DNA from: Candidatus Gottesmanbacteria bacterium
Lineage (GTDB): Bacteria; Patescibacteriota; Microgenomatia; UBA10105; UBA927
Assembly: GCA_016218255.1 (NCBI GenBank)
Contig: JACREN010000007.1
Location: 1-62,971 of the forward strand
Direction of reading: 5' to 3'
DNA: 62,971 nt
The notes below the pieces were generated by a model. It did not search any database. It worked only from the letters and a program-made list of their open reading frames with translations, and was not told the origin of the DNA. Made by a program: the position numbers and the translations under genes. This document shows, piece by piece, positions 38,410 through 46,898 of this stretch; position 1 is the stretch's first letter; each line of letters begins with the position of its first letter.

Positions 38410-39462
38410 ATGACAACACTTACTGAAACCGCATACTATACCAGGCGAACAATAAACTGGACGATTCTGGCAATTATCGGATATGTACTTCTCCGTATCT
38501 TCTGGAGTACGTTCGTCACTGTTTGGCTCATCGTTTTCCCCCCGAAGGCTCCTCCACCTAACCATGCATTCGGCAAACTTCCCGCTCTTCGGTTTCCAGC
38601 TTCAGCACCTGAAGCACCAAAAATAACTTTTAGATTGGAAACAATCGAGGGAAGTGTTCCCGCAGCTTCAGCATCTGCAACAGTTTATTTCATGCCGAAA
38701 TCACCAGCAAATTTATTGGCGCTTACACGGACGCAGGACTTTGCGCAACGACTTCAGCTTTCTCCCACTCCAATTTCAGAATCCAAAAATATCTACCGAT
38801 TCAATGATCTAGAACTGCCTCTTCGGAGTCTTCGGTATGATATCGTATCGAACAACTTTATACTGCGTTATGCCTTTGAACAGGATACCGGGGCACTGGC
38901 CGAACGCAGCCTTCCTACCGGTACCGGAGGCCTCGCAGAAGCACGCACAATGCTACAAACGTATGACTTATATATTCCTGACCTATCCGGCGGATCAAAC
39001 AAAATAACCTATTTACGGCTGTCTGGCGACCGGCTAATACCCACAACAAGCCTTTCTGCCGCCGATGCGTTACGGGTAGATTTCTTCAGAAGACCCGTCG
39101 GTGGCATACCCCTGGTAACACCATACCCGGATGAAGGTCACGTTTCTTTTGTTTTTTCTGGATCCACAAATCTAAAACGGCGCGTACTCCAATTTGCATA
39201 TACACACTGGCCAATTGATTATGAAACGACAGCAACATACGCTCTGAAGCCCAGCAGTCAGGCATGGGGCGAACTCCAAAGCGGGCAGGGTTTTATCGCA
39301 CGGTATCCAAATACAGGAACAAGTGTAACCGTACGATCGGTTACTCTGGCATATTATGACTCACTGGATCCACAAAATTACCTCCAGCCAGTATTCGTGT
39401 TTGAAGGGGATGATGGATTCCTGGGATACGTCTCAGCCGTCGCCTCTCCGTGGACAGAATAA
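38410..39462 (+). CDS. Hypothetical single-TM protein with a large extracellular beta-rich region
   Basis: N-terminal TM, Pro-rich linker; start MTTLT at 38410, 10 nt after TATACT. Confidence 0.78.
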   Translation: MTTLTETAYYTRRTINWTILAIIGYVLLRIFWSTFVTVWLIVFPPKAPPPNHAFGKLPALRFPASAPEAPKITFRLETIEGSVPAASASATVYFMPKSPANLLALTRTQDFAQRLQLSPTPISESKNIYRFNDLELPLRSLRYDIVSNNFILRYAFEQDTGALAERSLPTGTGGLAEARTMLQTYDLYIPDLSGGSNKITYLRLSGDRLIPTTSLSAADALRVDFFRRPVGGIPLVTPYPDEGHVSFVFSGSTNLKRRVLQFAYTHWPIDYETTATYALKPSSQAWGELQSGQGFIARYPNTGTSVTVRSVTLAYYDSLDPQNYLQPVFVFEGDDGFLGYVSAVASPWTE

Positions 39463-40428
39463 TTATTTAGGTTCAAAAACCTGCCACTGATAATTCGCAA
39501 AAACCCAATCGATAAGCTTTGCGGTTTCTCCAAATCGGTCACGACTTTTCAAAACTACAAAAATTAATCTGTGCCCCGAACGGTCCAGAAGTGTCACTAA
39601 ATTTTCTCCAGCCCCCTCTGTCCATCCGGTTTTAATCCCACCGACCCCGGGAATTTTTCCCAAAAGCTGATTTATGTTTTTTAACGGGTGAAAATACGTA
39701 TATGTCACATCAGAGATCGTTATCTGAGGTATCGCGACCATTTTTGCAATTGTCTTGTTGGACAACGCGATGCCAGACAAACGGGCTAAATCTATCGGAG
39801 ACATTTTATGATCCGGATGATCGTAACCTACCGGATTGGTAAAATGACTCTTTGTGAGATGAAGTGTGCGCGCCTTTTCATTCATCGCCGCAATAAACCG
39901 CTCCGCTCCACCCTCATAATGGTCAGCCAATGCATACGCCGCGTCATTACCCGAAGCGATCAACATGCCATACAGTAAATTTTCAACCGTTATTCGCTCC
40001 CCCGCCACCAAGCCCATAACCTGCCCGTCATTGACTACAGAACGAACCGTCACCACATCATCCAACTGATATGCATCCAGCACGACCAGCGCAGTTAATA
40101 TCTTTGTCGTAGAAGCAGGTGCCAATAACACTTCTTCATTGCGCTTATAGAGATAAACGCCGGAATCGACATCCAACACTACCACGCCCGCAGCAGTTAT
40201 TTCTTCTCCAGGATACAAACCGGTCATACTTGTAGGATATGGCGCAGGAGTTGGAAGAGGAAATGGCAAGCGGCGCATAACCGTCTTTCCTACTTTTGGA
40301 CGAATAGTATAGATATTTTGACCGGGATACAGCAAGAAAAACACGCCTAGGATAAAAAGATACAAAATCTTACTGAGTGAGCGTTGCCACCACGGCTTTT
40401 TTGCTGAATGTCTTCGCTGTTTGGGCAT
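39463..40428 (-). CDS. D-Ala-D-Ala carboxypeptidase (peptidase S11)
   Basis: PASTTK, SGN and KTG motifs; FTNPVG. Confidence 0.92.
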   Translation of the reverse strand: MPKQRRHSAKKPWWQRSLSKILYLFILGVFFLLYPGQNIYTIRPKVGKTVMRRLPFPLPTPAPYPTSMTGLYPGEEITAAGVVVLDVDSGVYLYKRNEEVLLAPASTTKILTALVVLDAYQLDDVVTVRSVVNDGQVMGLVAGERITVENLLYGMLIASGNDAAYALADHYEGGAERFIAAMNEKARTLHLTKSHFTNPVGYDHPDHKMSPIDLARLSGIALSNKTIAKMVAIPQITISDVTYTYFHPLKNINQLLGKIPGVGGIKTGWTEGAGENLVTLLDRSGHRLIFVVLKSRDRFGETAKLIDWVFANYQWQVFEPK

Positions 40429-40430
40429 GA

Positions 40431-41831
40431 TTATTTCGTTTTGAAAATAACGGCGATACCCAATTCGGCAAGTTGTTCTGTACTTGCGGCGCTCGGCGCA
40501 TCCATGACTGATGTAGCCCCTCCAGAAGACGCAGGAAACGCCATGACCTCCCGAATGCTTGGTTCACCCAATATCGTCATAATAAGCCTGTCAATTCCCG
40601 GCGCAATCCCCCCATGAGGAGGCACTCCATAGCTAAACGCGGTAAGCATGTGATCAAATTGCGACTTTTGCTCTTCGCTAAAACCGATCAATTCAAATAC
40701 CTTGTTTTGGATTTCAGGCTGATGGATACGGATACTGCCACCGCCCACTTCAAATCCGTTCAAAACCAAATCATGCTGAAGACCGCGTACGCGCAAAGGA
40801 TCCGTATCAAGAAGCGGAATATCGTCAGCATGAGGCGCAGTGAACATATGATGAGAAGGGGCAAATCTCGCCTTGCCAGAACCATAGTAAAAATCATCTT
40901 TGGATTGCTCGGTAAAAAGGGGAAAATCTATAGTCCAAGAAAATGCGAGCTCATTGGGATCATTTGTGTCTTTCCGCAGGTCCGGCTTGTCTGTGCCATA
41001 AGTTGCCATTACTTCTTTATGTGGCAATCGCGGCCACGGAGATTGCGATATATATTTTTGGGGAAATAATTCCGCAACCATTCGCGCAAACATGTCTTCT
41101 GTCAGTTGCATTATGTCTTCTTGAGTCACAAAGGACAACTCCATATCAAGCTGTGTAAATTCTCCGTAGGCCCTATCTTTTCTTGGGTCTTCATCGCGGA
41201 AACAACGCGCAATCTGGAAATACCGCTCCAGTCCCGCAACCATCAATAATTGTTTATATTGTTGTGGCGATTGCGGCAGCGCATAAAAATTACCTTTCTG
41301 AAGCCGTGACGGAACAATAAAGTCGCGTGCCCCTTCTGGTGTCGTTTTGGTGAGGATCGGTGTTTCCACTTCTATAAAATCACGCGCAAGCAAAAAATTC
41401 CGAATAAACGCTGCCGCCCGGCTACGCATACGCAAATTTCTATTCATGCGCGGCCGCCGCAGATCAAGATAGCGGAATTTTGACCGTATTTCCTCGTTAA
41501 TATCATACCCATCGGTATCGATGGGAAACGGCAATTCCCGGGCGTGACTCACGATCGTTAATTTTTTGACTTCAATTTCCACTGTGCCGGTAGGAATTTT
41601 TGGATTCACCATGGACGCCGGACGTGACTTTACCAGTCCCACTACTTCCACCACATCCTCTGCGCCCACCTGCTGTTGGTTTGCAATAACGACCATCTGG
41701 ACAATTCCACTCCTATCGCGCAGGTCTAAAAACGTAATTTTTCCGTGATCGCGCCGGGTATTCACCCAGCCAGCAAGCAACACTTCCTGACCTATTGCAT
41801 CAATTGTTTCTATCGCAAGAGTTCGTTTCAT
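40431..41831 (-). CDS. aspS: Aspartate--tRNA ligase, short GAD-less form, probably non-discriminating
   Basis: RRDHG, LPQSPQQYKQ, FRDED and PPHGGIAPGIDR motifs; start MKRTL downstream of TTGTCA-17-TACAAT. Confidence 0.95.
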   Translation of the reverse strand: MKRTLAIETIDAIGQEVLLAGWVNTRRDHGKITFLDLRDRSGIVQMVVIANQQQVGAEDVVEVVGLVKSRPASMVNPKIPTGTVEIEVKKLTIVSHARELPFPIDTDGYDINEEIRSKFRYLDLRRPRMNRNLRMRSRAAAFIRNFLLARDFIEVETPILTKTTPEGARDFIVPSRLQKGNFYALPQSPQQYKQLLMVAGLERYFQIARCFRDEDPRKDRAYGEFTQLDMELSFVTQEDIMQLTEDMFARMVAELFPQKYISQSPWPRLPHKEVMATYGTDKPDLRKDTNDPNELAFSWTIDFPLFTEQSKDDFYYGSGKARFAPSHHMFTAPHADDIPLLDTDPLRVRGLQHDLVLNGFEVGGGSIRIHQPEIQNKVFELIGFSEEQKSQFDHMLTAFSYGVPPHGGIAPGIDRLIMTILGEPSIREVMAFPASSGGATSVMDAPSAASTEQLAELGIAVIFKTK

Positions 41832-41844
41832 GAGTCTTTCTGCC

Positions 41845-41894
41845 ATTGTACGGTGATTTGCAATTCTTGACAAGGAGATTTTGTCTGTTAAAAT
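41845..41894. promoter_or_regulatory. Back-to-back promoters sharing one -35 (CTTGACAAG)
   Basis: Minus: TTGTCA(41873-41868)-17-TACAAT(41850-41845). Plus: TTGACA(41867-41872)-16-TAAAAT(41889-41894) with extended TG. Confidence 0.75.
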
Positions 41895-41907
41895 ATCTTC
41901 TATACCT

Positions 41908-41985
41908 ATGACAAGCGCTACCTGGCACCTTCGCGTCTTTTTTATTACCCTCCGAAACAAGGGAGGACGTGTGGCGGGAGCATAA
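41908..41985 (+). CDS. Putative 25-aa leader peptide MTSATWHLRVFFITLRNKGGRVAGA
   Basis: First ATG after the plus-strand promoter; spans attenuator segments 1 and 2. Confidence 0.45.
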   Translation: MTSATWHLRVFFITLRNKGGRVAGA

Positions 41986-42041
41986 AAAAAGAAATTATTT
42001 CAAACCCAACACGAACCTCCCAAGGAAAGGGAGGTTTTTTT
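41948..42041 (+). promoter_or_regulatory. Putative transcription attenuator (1:2, 2:3, 3:4 helices)
   Basis: CCTCC/GGAGG (41949-41966); antiterminator GGGAGG-A-CGTGT-GG (41961-41974) with CC-A-ACACG-AA-CCTCCC (42006-42021); terminator AACCTCCC/GGGAGGTT plus T7 (42014-42041). Confidence 0.6.
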
Positions 42042-42057
42042 GATAAAAAAAGAAACT

Positions 42058-42264
42058 ATGACCATAGAATATGATCCAACTGAAACACTGAGAAAAAATT
42101 CCGGAGAAGGAGCCGGGGGGGGTGGAGATGGCCCTATTGGAGAAGACTTATACGAAGGCCCATACAGGGTTCTCCGTGAAGGCGAAGAGGTGGCGCTAGA
42201 AGATGTTTCTCAGAATACAGTCACGCGCGAGCCAATGGTGCCAATCCGTAAATATGGAAAATAA
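42058..42264 (+). CDS. Acidic Gly-rich 68-aa hypothetical protein
   Basis: ATG 17 nt after the terminator; no SD; no family recognised. Confidence 0.5.
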   Translation: MTIEYDPTETLRKNSGEGAGGGGDGPIGEDLYEGPYRVLREGEEVALEDVSQNTVTREPMVPIRKYGK

Positions 42265-42483
42265 ATGAGCGAAGCTTTGCCCGATGCACATTGACAAGTT
42301 AATTTTTGGGTGGAAGAAGAGGATGTCACATCTGACCTGGCGCCTTCCTCTTCCACCCAAATCTTTGGGAGGAAAAATTCAAAAGGAGAAAAGAAAAAAA
42401 TGAACAAAGGACCCCCTAAAAAAATTAAATAATAATACAATCAGAAGGAAATTTGAAAATCCAAAAAACTCAAGAGGACAAAA

Positions 42484-42657
42484 ATGAACACTGGTTACGA
42501 TGTTGACCTGCCGGAAGAAGGAGATGTTTGTTCTTGCTGTGTCGCGCCTGCAGCGGCTAAAATCAGCGGTGTGCCACATTGTGGATTCCACGCTGATCAA
42601 GAATTTGAAGACTGGCGGAAATATTTACCCAGCAAACCCGCACCTGTCGTCGCCTAA
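42484..42657 (+). CDS. 57-aa putative zinc-finger microprotein (missed by the ORF track)
   Basis: MNTGYDVDLPEEGDVCSCCVAPAAAKISGVPHCGFHADQEFEDWRKYLPSKPAPVVA; GAGGA SD upstream; CxxC...CxxH. Confidence 0.65.
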   Translation: MNTGYDVDLPEEGDVCSCCVAPAAAKISGVPHCGFHADQEFEDWRKYLPSKPAPVVA

Positions 42658-42769
42658 ACGCGCTTAGCAAACGAAACACCGTTCGATTATCGCTTTGCGC
42701 GATAGCAACATCTCCACAGAGACCCAGCACCAGCTGTCGCTGGGTCTCTCCCTTTTGGGCATCCAGAGA

Positions 42770-42797
42770 ATTTTTTTGCGAAACTTCGCAAAAAAAT
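42770..42797. terminator. Bidirectional terminator-like palindrome
   Basis: ATTTTTTTGCGA-aact-TCGCAAAAAAAT, 12-bp perfect stem. Confidence 0.65.
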
Positions 42798-42982
42798 GTA
42801 TTTTCTTTCCTCCGATTCTCCCAAAAAAACAACACACCACCTGCCTGCCTATCGCAGCAGTTAATAATATTATTCAGAATATATCGTTAACCGTTGCGCT
42901 TTACAGGCAGGTTGAGAGAAGCAAAACACAAGATCCCCGTATTTTATGGCTCGAGAGCGCCAGACCAATGCGGGGATTTTGG

Positions 42983-44632
42983 TTAGACACGTATATCCTT
43001 TATCTTTAACTGCAATTTGCGGTTTCCGTTCCAGGTATTCATATCAATCGAATATGCAATATCAACCGGCTTATCCGGTGTAAACTTGCCATATAATTCT
43101 CCTAAACCAAAGGCAATTGCGTCAATCGTTAATGACTGAATACGTAATTTAAGGTGTTTTTTATCCTTACCCACAAGACGCACGTCACCAACCACAACCC
43201 CGCGCGTCGCAAACACCGGTTCTGCGTTACCGAATCCGAACGGCTCAAAACCGCGGATCTGTTGCCATAGCGCCTCTGTCGCTGTTTCAAGCGGAATTTC
43301 CAAATCTATACGCAGCAACCGTGTTAGTTTTTCTTCATCCAATTCTTTATCCGCCAGATTCTCGAGTCTATCCTGCAGCGCAGTCAAATGTTTCGTTTCC
43401 ACAGTAAACCCCGCTGCCATCGGATGACCGCCAACATCTATCAAAATATCACTACAGGTTTTGATCGCCTCAACGATGTTAAATCCTGCAACAGACCTGG
43501 CTGATGCTTTTGAGACAACTTCCCCTTTAGATACCACAATAGCCGGTCGGTAATACTCTTCAACCAGCTTACCCGCCACAAGACCAATGACCCCTTGATT
43601 ATATGACTCGTGGGAAAGAAAAATAAGTTTATGCGAATGAATAGAAGGCGAACGGGAAGTAAGGAAGTTTTTTGCATGAAGTGTCGTATCAACGGTAAGC
43701 TGTTGGCGCTCCCGATTGGTCATTCCTAATTTTTGTGCCAACAAATCAGCGCGGTCACGCTGCTTTGTACACAAAAGCCGAAGCGCGTCCAACGCATGTT
43801 CTATCCGCCCCATGGCGTTTAATCGTGGTGCTATCATATGAGAAATGTCATATGTGCCCACAGTCCCCTTCGTTAATCCAGCATCCGCCATGAGCGCTTC
43901 CAGGCCAACCCGTTTCGTTTCGTTTATCGCCGCCAATCCGAACCGCGCTATTGACCGATTCGCGCCCACGAGCGGTACCATATCGGCAATCGTTCCAATA
44001 GCAGCAAGAGAAAGAAGCTCCATGGAGAACGCTACGGGCAACTTATGATTCATAGCACGCAGAAGTTCTTTTGCTAAAAACCAACTTACCCCTGCGCCGC
44101 ACAGAGAAGTCGTGTGAACGACCGTGCAGTCGGGAAGCAATGCAGGCTTGACGTGGTGATCTGTAACAATAACCTCTATTCCTAATGTCTTGGCGTATAC
44201 AACCTTCTCCCTTGCAGTTATTCCGTGGTCGACCGTAATAATAAGGGTCGGATTATAAAGCTCCTTCACCGTGTCTATTCCTTTCACAGATAATCCATAC
44301 CCCTCATCCACCCGATGAGGAATATATGGCATGACGCGAGCACCAAGCTGATTCAGTGTCTCCCACATGACCGCACCGGCAGTAATCCCATCAGCGTCGT
44401 AATCCGAATACACTACGATAGATTCCTTTGTTTCTATTGCTTTTTGGATTCGTTTGATCGCTTTTGCAAGAGACGTTGTTTCAATATTTACGTCACGGGG
44501 GGTAAGTACTGCAGGATCCGGCGGATTAAGAAAACATGAGATATCCTTCTTCCCAATGATTCCTCTGTTTTTTAACAACATCGACACCAGGTCATCAGTT
44601 TTGCCTTTGTGAATAATTTCCCATTTCTTCAT
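42983..44632 (-). CDS. recJ: ssDNA exonuclease RecJ
   Basis: DYDADG, TVDHG, TDHH, TIADMVPL, RLNAMGR and GGHPMAAG motifs. Confidence 0.97.
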   Translation of the reverse strand: MKKWEIIHKGKTDDLVSMLLKNRGIIGKKDISCFLNPPDPAVLTPRDVNIETTSLAKAIKRIQKAIETKESIVVYSDYDADGITAGAVMWETLNQLGARVMPYIPHRVDEGYGLSVKGIDTVKELYNPTLIITVDHGITAREKVVYAKTLGIEVIVTDHHVKPALLPDCTVVHTTSLCGAGVSWFLAKELLRAMNHKLPVAFSMELLSLAAIGTIADMVPLVGANRSIARFGLAAINETKRVGLEALMADAGLTKGTVGTYDISHMIAPRLNAMGRIEHALDALRLLCTKQRDRADLLAQKLGMTNRERQQLTVDTTLHAKNFLTSRSPSIHSHKLIFLSHESYNQGVIGLVAGKLVEEYYRPAIVVSKGEVVSKASARSVAGFNIVEAIKTCSDILIDVGGHPMAAGFTVETKHLTALQDRLENLADKELDEEKLTRLLRIDLEIPLETATEALWQQIRGFEPFGFGNAEPVFATRGVVVGDVRLVGKDKKHLKLRIQSLTIDAIAFGLGELYGKFTPDKPVDIAYSIDMNTWNGNRKLQLKIKDIRV

Positions 44633-44638
44633 GGGTCT

Positions 44639-44650
44639 TATGATATCATA
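44639..44650. promoter_or_regulatory. Palindromic bidirectional extended -10 (TATGATATCATA) between recJ and cca
   Basis: Reads TG-A-TATCAT on both strands, 8 nt from the recJ ATG and 7 nt from the cca ATG. Confidence 0.7.
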
Positions 44651-44655
44651 AGCCT

Positions 44656-46026
44656 ATGATAACGCTTCCGGCTGCAGCTCAATCAATTATCGATTCGCTC
44701 CAAAAAGCTGGATTTGAAGGTTACGCTGTGGGGGGATCCGTGCGTGACACCCTAATGAACCGCCCGACTCATGGATGGGATTTTACCACCAACGCGACAC
44801 CGGAAGACATACTTAAACTATTTCCCGACAGTTTTTATGATAATCAATTTGGAACCGTGGGAGTAAAAATCTACACGCTGTCAACTGATATTGAAGATAT
44901 TTATGAAATCACCACCTACCGCAGTGAAAAAGGGTACAAGGATCACCGTCACCCTGACCATATTCTATGGGGCAAAACACTCGAAGATGACCTATCGCGC
45001 AGGGATTTTACAATAAACGCCATCGCATCGGACGGAAAAACGCTCATTGATCCATATGAGGGACAAAAAGACTTGAAGGAAAAAATTATCCGCACTGTGG
45101 GTGATCCGGACCTGCGTTTTTCAGAGGATTCTTTGCGCATGATGCGGGCAGTTCGAATAGCTAGCGAGTTGGGATTTATGATAGATGAAACAACATCAAG
45201 TGCGATATTAACCAATGCAGAACTTTTGAAAAGAATCTCTGCTGAGCGCATTCGCGATGAACTCATGCGACTTCTGAAAAGTGAATATTCTTCAGACGGC
45301 ATTTTGCTACTCAAAAATACAGGACTGCTCAAGTACATTCTCCCGGAGCTCGAGGATACATTCGGTGTTGCGCAAAAAAGTCCGAAGCGCCACCACATCT
45401 ATGACGTCGGCACCCACTCGGTATTAGCACTCAAACATTGTCCTTCAACCGATCCCCTCGTACGTCTGGCGACGCTCCTTCATGATATTGGCAAAACGAA
45501 AACATTCCACAAAGATGAATCAGAGCTCATTACCTTCTACAACCACGAGGTCGTCAGTGCCCGTCTGGCAAAAGCAGTTGCCCAACGCCTCCGATTATCC
45601 AGGAACCAATCGGATAAACTTATTACACTCGTGCGCTGGCATCAGTTTAGCGTCGATGAGCGTCAAACAGACAGCGCATTACGACGCTTCATACGACGGG
45701 TAGGTCGCGATAATCTTTCCGACATGCTGGCACTCCGCATCGGAGACCGTTTGGGCGGAGGCGCACGAGAAACCTCATGGAGATTGGAACTATATAAGAA
45801 ACGCCTGCAGGACGTTCAAAAACAACCCTTTTCTGTGACCGATCTAAAAATTAACGGACATGACATAATGCGCGAGCTTGACTGCAGACCCGGGCCAATC
45901 GTAGGAAAAATACTCAATCAATTATTCGCAGAAATCGAAACCGGAATTTTATCTAATGAACGCGAGGCGCTTCTTATTCGTCTTAAGCAACTAAGCAACG
46001 AAGTAACTGGGCTTGCTGCTAACTAA
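44656..46026 (+). CDS. cca: CCA-adding tRNA nucleotidyltransferase with HD domain
   Basis: VGGSVRD, RRDFTINA, EDSLRMMRA, ERIRDEL and LLHDIGK motifs. Confidence 0.92.
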   Translation: MITLPAAAQSIIDSLQKAGFEGYAVGGSVRDTLMNRPTHGWDFTTNATPEDILKLFPDSFYDNQFGTVGVKIYTLSTDIEDIYEITTYRSEKGYKDHRHPDHILWGKTLEDDLSRRDFTINAIASDGKTLIDPYEGQKDLKEKIIRTVGDPDLRFSEDSLRMMRAVRIASELGFMIDETTSSAILTNAELLKRISAERIRDELMRLLKSEYSSDGILLLKNTGLLKYILPELEDTFGVAQKSPKRHHIYDVGTHSVLALKHCPSTDPLVRLATLLHDIGKTKTFHKDESELITFYNHEVVSARLAKAVAQRLRLSRNQSDKLITLVRWHQFSVDERQTDSALRRFIRRVGRDNLSDMLALRIGDRLGGGARETSWRLELYKKRLQDVQKQPFSVTDLKINGHDIMRELDCRPGPIVGKILNQLFAEIETGILSNEREALLIRLKQLSNEVTGLAAN

Positions 46027-46898
46027 CGTTTTCTTTTTTCCCACCTGTCCCACAGCATAAGGATTGGAGTTGCGACAAAATCCGAAGAATATGTGCCTGA
46101 TATTGTGCCAATTAGTAACGCGATGGCAAACCATTGAATCGAGGATCCACCCAACAACACAAGCGCCAACAACATAAAAATAATCGTGAGGGAATTAGTC
46201 AGAGAACGACCGATAGTTTCGGTCAATGCCCGGTCACAGATACTATCAAATGGCATGCGTTCACCGCGCTTCACCATCTCGCGGATCCTGTCAAATACCA
46301 CGATGGTATCGTGTACAGAAAAACTCATAGTGGTCAAAAAAGCAGTTACAAACAAGGTATCTACTTCAACCCTCATAAAATGACCCAGAAGGGCAAAGCT
46401 CCCCAACACAACGAGCAAGTCATGCAGAAGTGCTGCGACTGCTGACACACCGAATTTTATATTTTTAAATGCATATGCCACATAGAGCAATATAGCCAGG
46501 ATCGCAATTCCCGCGGCGGCGATTGTTTTAACCAATAATTCCTTGCCCAGAATTGGACCCACAGTTTCGTTTCTGATAACTTCTGCTGAGGGAGACGTCG
46601 CTGCCGCAATATTCAATCGGAAAGAAACAATCTTTTCATCTGCTTCAGACTTCATTCGCACAATATACGTCCCATTATGTGTTTTTTGAGTACTTACCAA
46701 TGACAATCCCTCTTTTGCCGCCGATGTTTCTATCGCCTTTTCATCCCCAGCCGATTTAAACTGAAGCTCCATAAGTGTACCGCCAGTAAAATCGATCGCC
46801 GGCCGCAAGCCAAATCGAGCAAGAGCAATAAGTCCAGGAACAAGCACGAGGCTCGACAACAAAAAATATATCCATGTATATTTTGAAAAACGTATCAT
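46023..46898 (-). CDS. secF: Protein translocase subunit SecF
   Basis: IDFTGG, VGPILG, HDL, SVHDTIVVFDRIRE motifs. Confidence 0.97.
   Translation of the reverse strand: MIRFSKYTWIYFLLSSLVLVPGLIALARFGLRPAIDFTGGTLMELQFKSAGDEKAIETSAAKEGLSLVSTQKTHNGTYIVRMKSEADEKIVSFRLNIAAATSPSAEVIRNETVGPILGKELLVKTIAAAGIAILAILLYVAYAFKNIKFGVSAVAALLHDLLVVLGSFALLGHFMRVEVDTLFVTAFLTTMSFSVHDTIVVFDRIREMVKRGERMPFDSICDRALTETIGRSLTNSLTIIFMLLALVLLGGSSIQWFAIALLIGTISGTYSSDFVATPILMLWDRWEKRKR

Noticed and set aside
41832-41960. 43-aa N-terminal extension of AspRS in the ORF track
   Set aside because: Not AspRS-like and overlaps both promoters; ATG 41846 lies inside the -10 element.
41832-42040. T-box riboswitch upstream of aspS
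   Set aside because: No GGTGGNACC T-box motif or specifier loop on the minus strand, and a good promoter sits 14 nt from the aspS start.
42563-43009. Track ORFs 42563-42835 (-), 42695-43009 (+), 42210-42440 (-) and 42379-42600 (-)
   Set aside because: Run through hairpins and homopolymers, lack SD or promoter support, and conflict with the better 42484-42657 ORF.
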